Origin: the human T2T-CHM13v2.0 reference genome, Homo sapiens
Strand: one strand, 5' to 3'
NCBI RefSeq assembly: GCF_009914755.1
Contig: NC_060947.1
DNA: 64,000 nucleotides
The notes beneath the pieces are model-generated. The model saw only the letters and a program-made list of their open reading frames with translations, searched no databases and was not told where the DNA came from. The translations under genes and the position numbers were made by a program. Positions 41,509 to 55,642 of this stretch are shown piece by piece (the first letter of the stretch is position 1; each line of letters begins with the position of its first letter).

Positions 41509-43780
41509 TGATATGGTTTGTCTGTGTCTCAGCCCAAAATCTGATCTTGAATTATAATCCCCACATGTTGGGGGAGGGATCTTGTGGGTGGTGATTAGAT
41601 TATGGGGCAGTTCCCCCATGCTGTTCTCATGATAGTGAGTGAGTTCTCAAGAGATCTGATGGTTTTATAAGGGGATTCCCCACTACCCGCTTTGCTCTGC
41701 ACTTCTCCTTCCTGCCGCCATGTAAAGAAGAACATGTTTGCTTTTCCTTCCACCACGATTATAAACTTCTTGAGGCCTCCCAAGCCCTGTAGAACTGTGA
41801 ATTAATTAAACCTCTTTCCTTTATAAATTACCCATTCATGGGCAGTTCTTTATAGCAACATGAGAACAAACCTAATACAGTAAATTGGCACTGTAGAGTG
41901 GGGGGTACTGCTATAAAGATACACAAAAATGTGGAAGTGACTTTGGAACTGGGTAACAGGCAGAGGTTGGGACAGTTTGGAGGACTCAAGAGGAGACAAG
42001 AAAATGTGGAAAAGTTTGGAACTTCCTAGAGACTTGTCTAATGGTTTTTTACCAAAATGCTGATAGTGATATGAACAATGAAGTCCAGGCTGAGCTAGTT
42101 TCAGATGAGGATGAGGAACTTATTGGGAAGTGGAATAAAGGTAATCCTTGCTTTGCCATAGCAAAGAGACTGGCAGCATTTTGTCCTGTCCTAGAGATCT
42201 GTGTAACTTTGACCTTGAGAGAGATGATTTAGGGTATCTGGCAGAAAAAAATTATAAGTGACAAATCATTCAAGAAAAAGAGCATAAACGTTTGGAAAGT
42301 TCTCAGCCTAATGATGTGACAGAAAAGAAAAAAACAATTTTCTGGGGAAAAAATCAAGCCAGCTGCAGAAATTCATATTAGTAACAAGGAGCCAAATGTT
42401 AATCACCAAGACAATGAGGAAAATGTCTCCAGGACATGTCAGAGACATTCATAGCAGCCCCATCCCATCACAGACCCAGAGGCCTACAGGGGAAAAATTA
42501 TTTCATGGGCCAGGCCTGGGACCCCCATGCTGTGTGCAGCCTAGGGAGTTGATGCCCTGTATCCCAGCATGCTAAATGTAGAACTCAGGCCTTTACTTCA
42601 GAGTGTGCAAGCCCCAAGCCTTGGCAGCTTCCATGTGGTGTTGAGTCTGCAGGTGCTCAGAAGTCAAGAATTGAGGTTTGAGACCCTCCACATAGATTTC
42701 AGAGGAAGTATGAAAATGTCTGGATGTCAAGGCAAAAGTTTGCTGCAGGCATGGAGTCCTCATGGAGAACCTCTGCTAGGGCAGTGTAGAAGGGAAATGT
42801 GAGGTTGGAGGCCCCACACAGAGTCTCCACTGGGGCACTGCCTAATAGAGTTGTGAGAAGTGGGCCACCATCTGCCAGACCCCAGAATTATAGATCCACC
42901 TACAGCTTGCACCATGCACTTGGAGAGCTACAGACACTCAATGCCAGCCAATGAGAGCAACCTGGAGGGAAGCTGTACCCTGCAAAGCCACAGGGTTGGA
43001 GCTGCTCAAGATTGTGGAAGCCCACCTCTTGCGTCAGTCTGACCTGGATGTGAGACATGGAGTCAAAGGAGATTATTTAGGAGCTTTAAGATTTAATTAC
43101 TTCCTCACTGGATTTTAGACTTGCATGGGGCCTGTAGTCTCTTTGTTTTGGCCAATTTCTGCCATTTGGAATGGGTGTATTTGCCCAATGCCTGTACCCC
43201 CATTGTATCCTGGAATTAACTAATTTGATTTTGATTTTTACAGGCTTTTAGGCAAAAGGGATTTGCCTTGTCTCAGATGAGACTTTGGATTTGGACTTTT
43301 GGGTTAATGCTGGAATGAGTTAAGACTTTGGGAGACTATTGGAAAAGCATGATTGTGTTTTGAAATGTGAGGACATAAGATCTGGCAGAGGACAGGGGTG
43401 GAATAATATTGCTTGGCTATGTCTCCAACCAAGATCTCATCTTGAATTGTAATGTGAATTAAAATTCCATTGTCTTGGGTGACAGATCTTGTGAAAGGTA
43501 ATTCGGTTATGGGGTTGTTTCCCCCATGCTGTTCTCATGATAGTGAGTGAGTTCTCATGAGATCTGATGGTTTTATAAGAGGTTTTTCCCCCTTTGTTCT
43601 GAACTGCTCCTTCCTGACATCATGTGAAGAAGGACATGTTTTCTTCCCCTTCCACCATGATTGTAAGTTTCCTGAGGCCTCCTCAGCCCTGTGGAACTGT
43701 GAATCAATTAAACCTCTTTCCTTTATCAATTATGTGCTCTTGAGCAGTTCTTTATAGCAGCATAAGAATGAAGTAAGACA
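41509..43780 (+). mobile_element. THE1C/D-like MaLR, full structure
   Basis: LTRs 41509-41879 and 43404-43780, distinct from the THE1A LTRs. TSD taggc/taagc. Confidence 0.95.
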
Positions 43781-43785
43781 TAAGC

Positions 43786-43915
43786 ATTCTCAATACAAAT
43801 AAGATAAGTATATAAAATAAAGCATAAGTTAATTAGCTGAATTCAAACATTCCACAATGTATACATGTTTCAGAACATTATGTTGTACATGATAAACACA
43901 TACAATAAAAGAAAA
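43786..43915 (+). mobile_element. L1MA 3'-terminal fragment
   Basis: gttaattagctgaatt...cattccacaatgtatacatgtttcagaacattatgttgtacatgataaa. Confidence 0.7.
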
Positions 43916-46700
43916 AACAGGAAAAAAAAAACCCTTAAAATCAATGAGCTAACCCTGCCCTATCTCTAGGAATCTAGAAAGAAAGAACATTTTGAATCCA
44001 AAACATAAAGTAAGTATAGGAAAAAAAAAAAAAAAACAGTAAGAGTGAAAATCAACAAATAGGGAAAGAGAGTAAGAGAATGTAACAAAAAGAGGGTTTA
44101 ATGAACGATTAACAAAATTGACAAAATTCAAGCCAATGTTATCATTAATAAAGGAGAGAAGAAAAGGTTACCAATATTATGATTAAAAGTATAATAAGAA
44201 AATATTCTAAAAACTGCATACCAATACTCATGGTAATGTACAATTAAAATAGGTGTATGTTATGGTATGTTAAATGTTCTTTATGTTAGTTTAAAAACTA
44301 AAAAAGAAAACTTTAAAAAATGTAATTATTTTAAGTAACAACTAGGAAAGAAACATTATTTATGATCTGGGATAGCAGCATATGTAGGTAAATCGATTGG
44401 CCAGAGATAGCTTTTTTACTGATTCAAGAGAGAATCAAGGGGAAAATGTATGAAGAGGAAAAAAAGAGAGATGGATGTCCTACCTTTAGAATCAGGAGAG
44501 GAAATTTTATAATCAAATGTGATAAACCACTGGCATTTGCCATTAGCTTCCAAAGGTATAATAAATCCATACTGCAGCAGCCTAATAATTAAGGTAGGTG
44601 TTTGGGAAGTATGAAACATTAGGTGTCTAAATGTGAGAATAGGATTAAATTTGGGAAAGAGTACTGAGAAGAGAAAATAAATAAATGCTAAAGGTAATCA
44701 TAATATCAGGGCTTGCTCTTGTCTGTAAATTTTCAAATTTAAGGTAAAATCTTTGCTATTCACCTCTTCATTATATATCTTTTGCCTAGAATCTCTCCTA
44801 AATTAATTCGTTTCTCATTTCTGGAAGCTAATGTTTGCCACATCTTGGCACTCTACTGGTATTCAACAGCTAATTAGAAAGAGAATTCAGCTACAGTAAC
44901 TTCTACTGTGTTCATCTATATCATTGTCTGCCTTGCTTGGGACAAAGCAGAAGCAGAAAGAGGAGAGGTTGCTGAGGTTTAATTGAATCAGCATCACCAA
45001 AGCTATTCATTTTTTTAATATGTTTTGTCCCCATCTCATGCCAAGGGAGTTCCCACATTTGAAATTATAGAAGCATAGTGTTTGCACACAAGATATTTGG
45101 AGCCATAAATGGGTGAACTGGAATGAGTGGGAGGCTGAAGGGTTATTGCATATCATTAGTTACTGCCACAGTGTACCACATGATGTTGACCTGCTCTCCT
45201 TCTAGAAGGAAGCAATCAGAGCATTCATTTCTTCAGGTAATAATAAATTATTTATCTTAAAATAAAAATGAAAACAAAAAAGTGCAGGAAAAAATTACAC
45301 GAGTGTTTATATTTGAGGGCGAAATGAAGTGGTTAGAATACATTATAATTACGAAGGAGAAATGTGCAAGTAAATTAGATCTCCTAGACTCTAGGACATG
45401 AAGTTGAGATCATATGAGTATTTCTAGGGGGAGGAAAGAATCATATCTACTGTTCAGGGAACTTAAAAAGGGCTGCTTTTGTTTAAATTTGGTACTCCAA
45501 ATCATCTGAAGCTGGTGTCTAGGCAGACCAGGTTCTCTAGATAACTCAGCAAGTACTCTCTCTTTTCCTGCTGTGAAGAACTTTTGAAAGGCATTTAATA
45601 TGGGTCTGTATATCCTGAGTCAGAATAACAAGTTGATGTGAGAGAGATTCTGCTAGCCCTTGCTTCCTGGGGCCCTTAATCAATTCAGTCCCTATCTAGA
45701 GTTCAAGCAGTTTCAATCACTTCCCAAAAGTCCTGACCACAGGACTTAGCTTCCATCTTGGCCTGCCCAGAAGATCCGTGCAAGCCCTAAGGCCCACCAG
45801 GTTGAGTGCTGACCCAGGGTGAAGTACAACTTCCTGTTCTCCAGGGCTCTCCCTGTGGAGCAGGTTACAGAGTCTTATTTGAAAACCTGGGTTTATGAAC
45901 CAGGCTTTAACCATGTTTAGATAAATAAATTTTAAACATTTAGGCTTATGATATGTGGGTATTTTTACTCTTTACTTGGCTTCACTCTGAAAATGTTACT
46001 TTCTAATCTTGGGAGGGTGGAGGAGGAGCTTATGATATTTTCTTTTGTTTACACCTTCTGGAAATCCTTTTTTCAAACTGTACTATGAAATAAGAAATAC
46101 ATATAACTAGAATTTAAACTAGCACGCATAGTTGAGCTGACATATCCCTTTCCAGCTGAAGAGGATAATGTCTGTTAGAGGCATAATTGTGACTTTAATG
46201 AGTACAAAATAATTAAAGTACTGTTATAAGAGGAAATGACTAAAGCGTTGAATCTAGAGTGAAAAGCCAATTATAGTTTTAACACTACCTATGCATAATT
46301 TTGCTGGAACATAATCTAAATCTAATGTAATTTTATCAGGTTAGGATTATTTGAAGTATACATTTCTACACATGTGACCAGAAATATCCTTTGTGATATT
46401 CTGTATTATCTGTTTTCACACGTTTTGTTTTCACAGGTTTAGACTTGAAAAATAAGCAATGGGGTTTAATACTTTTTAAGTATTTCCTTTCAGAAAAAAA
46501 CATATATTTCCAATATATGTATATTTATTTTAAAATACTACTACACTCACATATAACTGATAGTATATATACACATATGTATATATGTATACACAAAAAA
46601 AGACAGAAAATATAATGAAAAACATTTTGATGTCATTTTATGTATGACTAAGATTATGAAATTGCTTCTCTTATTTATGAAATGAATGTTAACTAAAGTT

Positions 46701-48405
46701 AGGTCCTGAAGACACAAGTAAGTTACATGAGGAAGTGGCTATAATGCCCATGGTCTCCACTCCCGGCACCCTGCCTTCTTTCCCCCAGCCTCCACTTATG
46801 GCCTCATGGGGAGTTCTCTATGATTAGTTGACAGAGGAAGAGAAGAATAGGGCCTGGTTTACAGATGGTTCTGCACAATATGGAGGCACCAACCAAAAGT
46901 GGACAGCAACAGCATTACAACACAATTTTTGGACATCCCTGAAGGACAGCAGTGAAAGGATATCTTTCCAGTGGACAGAATTTCAATCAGTGAACTCAAT
47001 TCTGCACTTTGCATGGAAGGAGAAATGACCAGATATGTGATTATATACTGATTCATGGGCTATAGCCAATGGTTTAGCTGGATGTTCAAAGACTTGGAAC
47101 AAGCATGATTGGAAAATTGGTGACAAAGAAATGTGGAGAGGAGGTATATGGATGGACCTCTCTGAGTGGTCAAAAACTGTGAAGATATTTGTATCTTATG
47201 TGAATTTCCATCAATGGGTGACCTCAGCAAAGGAGGAGATTAATAATCAAGTGGATAGGATGAATCGTTCTGTGGACACCACTCAGCCTCTTCTCACAGC
47301 CAGCTCTGTCATTGCCCAATGGGTCCATGAACAAAGTGGCCATTGTGGCAGGGATGGAGATTATGCATGGGGTCAGCAATCTGTACTTCCACTCACCAAG
47401 GCTGATCTGGCTATGACCAATTTGCCAGGAGCAGAAACCAGCACTGAGCCCTCAATATGGCACCATTCCTCGAGGTAATCAGCCAACTAACTGGTGGCAG
47501 GCTAATTATATTGGCCCTTTTCCATCATGGAAAGGGCAGAGGTTTGTCCTCACTGGAATAGACACCAACTCTGGATATGGGTTTGTCTATCCTGCACACA
47601 ATGCTTCTGCCAAGACTACCATCCTTTGACTCACAGAAAGCCTTATCCACTGTCATGGTATTCCACACAGCATTGCCTTTGACCAAGGCACTCACTTTAC
47701 GGCTGAAGAAGTGTGGCTGTGGACTCATGTTCATAGAATTCACTGATCTTACCATGTTCCCCATCATCCTGAAGCAGCTGGACTGATAGAATGGTGGAAT
47801 GGCCTTTTCAAGTCACAATTACAGTGCCATCTAGGTGACAATACTTTTCAGGGCTGGGGCAAAGTTCTCCAGAAGGCCAGGAATGCTCTAAATCAGCATC
47901 CAATATATGGTACTTTTTCTCCCATAGCCAGGATTCACAGGTCCCAAAATCAAGGGGTGGAAGTGGAAGTGACACCACTCACCATCACCCCTAGTGATCC
48001 ACTAGCAAAATGTTTCCTTCCTGTTCCTATGAGGTTACATTCTGCTGGCCTAGAGGTCTTAATACCAGAAGAGACACATGTTTCAATTAAACTGGAAGTT
48101 AAGATTGCCTCCTAGACACTTTGGGCTCCTCCTACCTTTAAGTCAACAAGCTAAGAAAGGAGTTACAGTGTTTGCTGGGGTCATTGACCCGGACTATCAA
48201 GATGAAATCAGTCTACTACTCCACAGTGGGGGTAAGGAAGAGTATGCACAGAATACAGGCAATCCCTTGGGGCATCTCTTAGTATTACCATGCCCTGTGA
48301 TTAAAGTCAATGGGAAACTATAACAGCTCAATCGAGGCAGGACTAACAATGGCTCAGACCCTTCAGAAATGAAGGTTTGGGTCACTCCACCAGGAAAAAC
48401 AACCA
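46701..48405 (+). pseudogene. pol: LTR-less HERV-L internal fragment (RNase H, integrase, dUTPase)
   Basis: TEEEKNRAWFTDGSAQY, WMDLSEWSKTVKIFVS, AQWVHEQSGHCGRDG, LNWKLRLPPRHFGLLLPL...GVIDPDYQDEISLLL. No MLT2 LTR adjacent. Confidence 0.92.
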
Positions 48406-49457
48406 TAATATGCTTGAAGTCTGTATATAAATACTTGCATAGATTCATAATTAAATTAACTAAATTTCCTCATTTGAAAATGTTGTAATTCTAAGATAAG
48501 CTATGTTTTGCATATATATTTTAACATAGTTCACCTATCTCATTTTTTTAAATGAGAATACATAAAATTACATAAAGAAAAGAAACCACATGAAAAAGCA
48601 AATGCTTTCTAGGCCAAGGAATAAGTCTAACTTTATCCAATAGTGAAAATGAAAAGTTAATTAGGTGATTTAAAGCACTGGAAATTTGACAGTAGCTATT
48701 TGAATAAAACACCCACATCACAATCAAAGGTGAAATCAAATAGGAACATGAAGCTATGTTCTAGAAAAACATTTTCTCCAAATTATTTTAAGAAATTGCA
48801 TGCTTCTTCACAATATGATTTTTGTTTTATAATTCCCTCGCATAATTTGATAATTGGGAAATGTAAAACATTACATTAACATTAATATAGATAAAAGTGA
48901 ATTTTTATCACCACATTGGTTTTAACTTGTCTTTGTTTCTTTGTAATTTGTGTCAAAAGAAAATAAATCTTGGGACCCAAAAATGACTAAGCTAAAGGGA
49001 AAAGTCAAGCTGGGAACTTCTTCAGGCAAACCTGCCTCCCATTCTAATCAAAGTCATCCCTCCGAGGCTCACCTGAGACAAATACATGTTTGATTACTCC
49101 CTATCCCCTATTGTTTATGTATAAATGCAGATTCAGTGAGCCAGACTAAATTGTGTATTCAGTGGAAGGCTGATCAAAGACTCAAAAGAATCCAACCTTT
49201 TTTCTCTTATCTACTTCTAACTTCAAAGCCCCACTTCATGTTGTCCCACCTTACTGAACCAAACCAGTGTACATCTTACACATATTGATTGATGTTTCAT
49301 GTCTCCCTAAAATGTATAAAAGCAAACTATACCCCTGACCACCTTGGGCATATGTCTCAGGGCTTCCTGAGGCTGTATCACAGGTGTATTTTTGACCTTG
49401 GCAAAATAAACTTTCTAAATTGACTGAGACCTGTGTCAGATATTTCGCATTCACAAT

Positions 49458-49475
49458 CAGTAACCACAGAGGGAT
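49458..49475 (+). promoter_or_regulatory. Primer-binding site, tRNA-Arg(TCG)-like
   Basis: cagtaaccacagagggat vs TGGTAACCACGAAGGGAT (14/18), 2 nt after the LTR end. Confidence 0.6.
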
Positions 49476-50408
49476 TCTGAGGGGAGGTGCCCCTGACTTT
49501 GACGAATCTCCTATAGGTGCTTGGTACCAGCTTGAGCTTTTTTATGGCTCAAACCAATAGGGCAATTTGCTGAGGCCTGTAAGCTCCCCCTCCAGAAAAT
49601 CCCTGATCTCCCCAAATTTGGTTAAGATCTAAAGCTTATTTTGCTGTACAACTCCTCCTTTTGGAGTTTCACTTGCTTCTTACAGGGAAGGCAAGTTTTC
49701 CTGCTTCCATGATGTTGGAAGGAAGGTAAGTCCTTTCTGGAGTTTGAGCAAACTTCCAAAAGGGAAGGCAAGTCTGAGTTTTTTCCTGCTTCTAGGATGG
49801 TAGATAGCAGTCTTCAGCCTAAGACCCATTCCTAGGTAAGTAGCTGAATTGTTTTTTTTTTATTTTTATTTTTTGTTTGTTTTTTTGTGGGCTAAAGTTA
49901 AGATTAAAAATCAGCTGGTGTTAATTTATCTTTACCATTAGAGTGCTCAGTATTCATATAAATTGTAATATTCATTTGTTTTGCTTAATTGTTTTTTTTT
50001 GTTGTTGTTGTTGCCTTTGTAATTGTTTCTGTTTTTGTTATTGTTTCAGTCTTTTTCCTACTGGGTTTGATCAACTCTATCTGACATGATGAAATCTGAA
50101 GGAAAGTTCCAATTTATGGGAACAAGGCCTCTGAAGTGTCTAAATTCCCACAAAATAAAAAGGGGAGAGATTTTTTTCTTTTGACTAAAAAAGGGACTTT
50201 ATTTGTCTAACAGGGCCACATTTTGCTAGCCAAGCCGAATGGTAAGAGCAATGGCTGTTGCCCCACACTGCAGATCCATTGTTAAGGTTCTGTCTTTTTT
50301 TTTCTTTTTTTTTTTTTTTTCCACTATGATAGCCTTGGTTTGGCTCCTAAATCAAATCCTTTCCAATTTGATACTGGTTACTTTTAAAATATGAGCAATT
50401 TGTACTAG

Positions 50409-53400
50409 CTGGCATGAGATGGAATTTCATTGTGGTTTTGATTTGCATTTCTCTAATGATCAGTGATGTTGAGCTTTTATTTTTCATATGTTTCTTGGCC
50501 ACATAAATGTCTTATTTTGAGATGTGTCTGTTTATATCCTTTGCCCACTTTTTCATGGGGTTGCATGTTTATTTCTTGTAAATTTGTTTAAGTTCCTTGT
50601 AGATTTTGGATATTAGACCTTTTTCAGACGGGTAGATTGGAAAAATTTTCTCCCATTCTGTAGGTTGCCTGTACTCTGATGATAGTTTCTTTTGCTGTGC
50701 AGAAGTTCTTTAGTTTAATTAGATCCCATTTGTCAATTTTGGCTTTTGCTTCAATTGCTTTTGGTATTTTTGTCATGAAGTCTTTTCCCATACCTATGTG
50801 CTGAATGGTATTGTCTGGGTTTTCCTCTAGGGTTTTTATGGGTTTGGGTTTTACATTTAAGTCTTCAATAGATCTTGAGTTAATTTTTATATAAGGTATA
50901 AAGAAGGGTTCCAGTTTCAGTTTTCTGCATATGGCTAGCCTGTTTTACCACTACCATTTATTAAATAGGAGATCCTTTTCCCATTGCTTGTTTTTGTCAG
51001 ATTTGTTGAAGATTAAATGGTTTAGGTGTGTGGTGTTGTTTCTGAGGTCCCTGTTCTGTTCCATTGGTCTATATGTCTGTTCTGGTACCAGTACCATGCT
51101 GTTTTGGTTACTGAAGCCTTGTGGTATAGTTTGAAGTCAGGTAGCATGATGCATCCAGCTTTGTTCTTCTTGTTTAAGATTATCTATCTTGGCTATATGG
51201 GCTCTTCTTTGGTTCCACATGAAATTTAAAGTAGTTATGTCTAGTTCTGTGAACAATGTCAATGGTATTTTTATGGGAATAGCATTGAATCTATAAATTA
51301 CTTTAGGCAGTTGGCCATTTTCATTGTATTGATTCTTCCTATTCATGAGGATGGAATGTTTTTCCATTTGTGTCTTGTTTTATTTCCTTGAGCAGTGGTT
51401 TGTAGTTCTCCTAGAATAGGTCCTTCACATCCCTTGTTAACTGTATTCCTAGGTATTTTATTCTTGCAGCAATTGTGAATGGGAGTTCATTTATGATTTG
51501 GCTCTCTGCTTGTCTATTGTTGGTAGAAAGGAATACTTGTGATTTTTGCACATTGATTTTGTATCTTGAGACTTTGCTGAAGTTGCTTATCAGCTTAAAG
51601 AGTTTTTGGGCTGAGATGATGGAGTTTACTAAATGTAGAAGCATGTCGTCTGCAAACAGAGACAATTTGACTTCCTCTCTTCCTATTTGAATACGCTTTA
51701 TTTCTTTCTCTTGCCTGATTGCCCTGGCCAGGACCTCCAATACTATGTTGAATAAGAGTGGTGAGAAAGGGCACCCTTATCTTGTACAGGTTTTCAAGGG
51801 GAATGCTTCCAGCTTTTGCCTATTCAATAGGATATTGACCATGGGTTTGTCATAAATAGCTCTTATTATTTTGAGATATGTTCTATCAATACCCAGTTTA
51901 TTGAGAATTTTTAACATGAAGGAATGCTGAATTTTATCAAAGGCCTTTTCTGCATCTGTTGAGATAATCATGTGCTTTTTGTCTTTGGTTCTGTGTATGT
52001 GATGAATTATGTTTATTTAATTTCATATGTTGAAACAGCCTTTCATCCCAGGGATGAAGCCGACTTGATCGTGGTGGATAAGCTTTTTGATGTGATGCTG
52101 AATTTGGTTTGCCAGTATTTTATTGAGGATTTTTGCATCAATGTCCATCAGAGATACTGGCCTGAAGTTTTCTTATTTTGTTGTGTCTCTGGCAGATTTC
52201 TTATTTTGTTATGTCTCTGCCAGGTTTTGGTACCAGGAGGATGCTGGCTTCATAAAATGAGTTAGGGAGGAGTCCCTTCTTTTTCAATTGTTTGGAATAG
52301 TTTCAGAAGGAACAAAGAGGAGGTACCAGCTCCTCTTTTCACCTCTGGTAGAATTTGGCTGTGAATCCATCTGGTCCTGGGCTTTTTTTTTTTTTTTTTT
52401 TTTTGGTTTGTAGGCTATTAATAACTGCCTCAATTTTAAAACTTGCTATTAGTCTATACATGGATTTAACTTCCTCCCAGTTTATTCTTTGGAGGATGTT
52501 TGTGTCCGGGAATTTATTCATCTCTTCTAGATTTTCTAGTTTATTTGTGTAGAGGTGTTTATAGTACTCTCTGATGGTAGTTTGTATTTCTGTGGGGTCA
52601 GTGGCAATATCCTCTTTATCATTTTTCTATTTTCTATTCTTCTCTTTTTTCTTCTTTATTAGTCTAGCTAGCAGTCTATCTATTTTGTTTTGTTTTGTTT
52701 TCAGAAAACCAGCTCCTGGATTCATTGATTTTTTGGAGGGTTTTTCATGTCTCTATGTCTTCAATTCTACTCTGATATTAGGTATTTCTTGTCTTCTGCT
52801 AGCTTTAGAATTAATTTGCTCTTGCTTCTCTAGATCTTTTAATTGTGATATTAGGGCATTGATTTGAGATCTTTCTAGCTTTCTATTATGGGCATTTAGT
52901 GCTATAAATTTCCTGCTTAACACTGCTTTAGCTGTGTCCCAGAGATTCCAGTACATTGTCTCTTTGTTCTCATGGGTTTCAAATAACTTCTTGTTTTCTG
53001 CTTTAATTTAATTATTTATCCAGGAGTCATTCAGCAGCACGTTGTTCAATTTCCAAGTAATTTTGTGGTGTTGAGAGAGTTTCTTAATCCTGAGTTCTAA
53101 TTTCATTGCACTGTGGTCTGAGAGACTGTTTTTTACTATTTCAGTTATTTTGCATTTGCTGGGGAGTGTTTTACTTCCAATTATGTGGTCAATTTTAGAA
53201 TAAATGCCATGTGGCAATGAGAAGAATATATATTCTATTGATTTGGAATGAAGACTTCTGTAGATGTCTATTAGGTCCGCTTGATCCAGAGCTGAGTTCA
53301 AGTCCTGAATATCCTTGTTAATTTTCTCTCTCATTGATCTGTCTAGTATTGACAATGGGGTGTTAAAATTTCTATTATTGTGTGGTAGTCTAAGTCTGTT

Positions 53401-54105
53401 TGTCAGTCTGTAAGAACTTATTTACATATTGGGTGCATAGATATTTAGGATAGTAGCTCTTCATGTTGAATTGATCCCTTTACCATTTTGTAATGCTCTT
53501 CTTTGTCTTTTTTGTTCTTTGATTAAAATCTGTTTTGTCAGAGACTAGGAGTGCAACCCCTGCTTTTTTTGTTTTCCATTTGCTTGGTAAATTTTCCTCC
53601 ATCCCTTTATTTTGAGCCTATGTGTGTCTTTGCACATAAGATGGATCTTCTGAATACAGCACACTGATGGGTCTTGACTCTTTATCCAATATGCCAGTCC
53701 GTGTCTTTTAATTGGGGCATTTAGTCCATTCACATTTAAGGTTAGTATTGTTGCATATGAATTTGATCCTGTCATCATGATGCTATTTGGTTATTTTGCA
53801 CAGTAGTTGATGCAGTTTCTTCATGGTGTCATTGTCATTTATATATTGCTGTGTTTTTGTAGTGGCTGGTACCAGTTTTTCCTTTCCATACTTAGTGCTT
53901 CCTTCAGGAGCTCTTGTAAGGCATGCCTGTTGGTAACAAAATTCCTCAGCATTTGCTTGTCTGGAAAGGATATTATTTCTCCTTTGCTTTGTTTATGAAG
54001 CTTAGTTTGCCTGGATATGATATTCTGGGTTGAAAATTCTTCTCTTTAGAATGTTGAATATTGGCCCCCAATCTCTTCTGGCTTGTAGGGTTTCTGCTGA
54101 GAGGT
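50409..54105 (-). mobile_element. L1PA8-like internal fragment (end of ORF1 plus most of ORF2), no 3' end
   Basis: ORF2 start MMTGSNSYATILTLNVNGLNAPIKRH, EN motif [19 protein letters not shown]. Terminates inside ORF2 with no poly(A). Confidence 0.95.
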
Positions 54106-54487
54106 TGCATGATATTATGTTTCTTTTCCATGGGAGCCTCTAATCACCGCTGCTACTAGTCGGCATCTTGGCCTTGCCCCTGTTTCACCACCAGACTCTT
54201 TCTCTCTGTACAATGGTATGTAAATTTTGTTATCTGATTTTTTACCTAAGAGTTTCTTTAATATGCAAATTTGGGGCTATCTTGCTGACAACTGCCTAGA
54301 GTAATAAAATAGGTTATCACGAAATTGGAAGTGTAAAATAAGAGGAAAATAGGGGTCTTATGAATCTGTAAGATCTACTTCTATGTGTCTAATAAGTCTG
54401 TGTTTATGTGCTGTGTATATGATATTTCACTACTAAACATGTATAAAACAGCTGCAACTAATTGGCTTTAAAAATAACTTAAATCTT

Positions 54488-54835
<348 letters not shown>

Positions 54836-55050
54836 TCATGTTCATGTTACTTAAGCAAATTTTTAATAAATAAGCTGGCTTTAAAATTTTTGGTGAAATA
54901 GAATTAGAAATGACTTCAGGATTGCCAACATGTATTATTTATCTCTGCTAGATATTAAAATTTGGCATGAAGGTTAAAAGGCTATGAATGCAGCCCAAAA
55001 GAGAATTATCTTTGTTTATGTAATATTTAATAAATAAGGCATTTAATATT

Positions 55051-55642
55051 TGCTGACAAAAAGAGTCAAACTTTATAAAATATTTGAAGAGATTTATTCT
55101 GACCCAAATATGAGTGACCATGACTTGTGACATAGCCCTCAGGAGGTCCTAAGAACATTTGCCCAAGGTGGTCAGGGTGCAGCTTGGTTTTATACATTTG
55201 AGAGAGGCATGAGACATTCATCAAATATATTTAAGAAATACATTGGTTTGGTCCAGAAAGGTGAAACAACTCAAAGCAGGGGTTTTCAGGCTATAGGTAA
55301 ATTTAAACATTTTGTGGTTGACAATTGGTCACATTTTTCTAAAAACCAGGGATCAATAGAAAGGAAAGTCTGGGTTAAGGTAAAGGATTGTGGAGACCCA
55401 AGTTCTTATTATATTTGCAGGCGAAGTTTCCAGGTAGAAGGCTTCAGAGAGAATAAGTCATAAAATGTTTCTTATCAGACTTAAAGTCTGTGTTGATGTT
55501 AATGCCAGAGAGGTATAATGAGGCATGTCTAACCCCCATTTCCCATCATGGCTTGAACCAATCTTAAATTTTAAAAGCCCTGGACGAGGAAGAATTCCAT
55601 TCAGTTGGCTGGGGAGCCTTAGAATTTTATTTTTGGTTTATA
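55051..55642 (-). mobile_element. MER4-group solo LTR inserted antisense in MER4 interior
   Basis: Homologous to 4371-5264 and 23123-23729. 4-bp TSD tatt (55047-55050, 55643-55646). Confidence 0.9.

Noticed and set aside
39568-43403. Many overlapping ORFs in THE1 interiors
   Set aside because: Broken remnants of the MaLR internal ORF and antisense chance ORFs.
39232-43780. Tandem segmental duplication or CRISPR-like array
   Set aside because: The repeats are LTRs of two distinct THE1 subfamilies, each with a TSD. There is no repeat-spacer structure.
46411-46440. Plus-strand splice-acceptor-like sites (also ~26074, ~37150)
   Set aside because: No convincing paired donor or reading frame. 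Such motifs are frequent in T-rich DNA.
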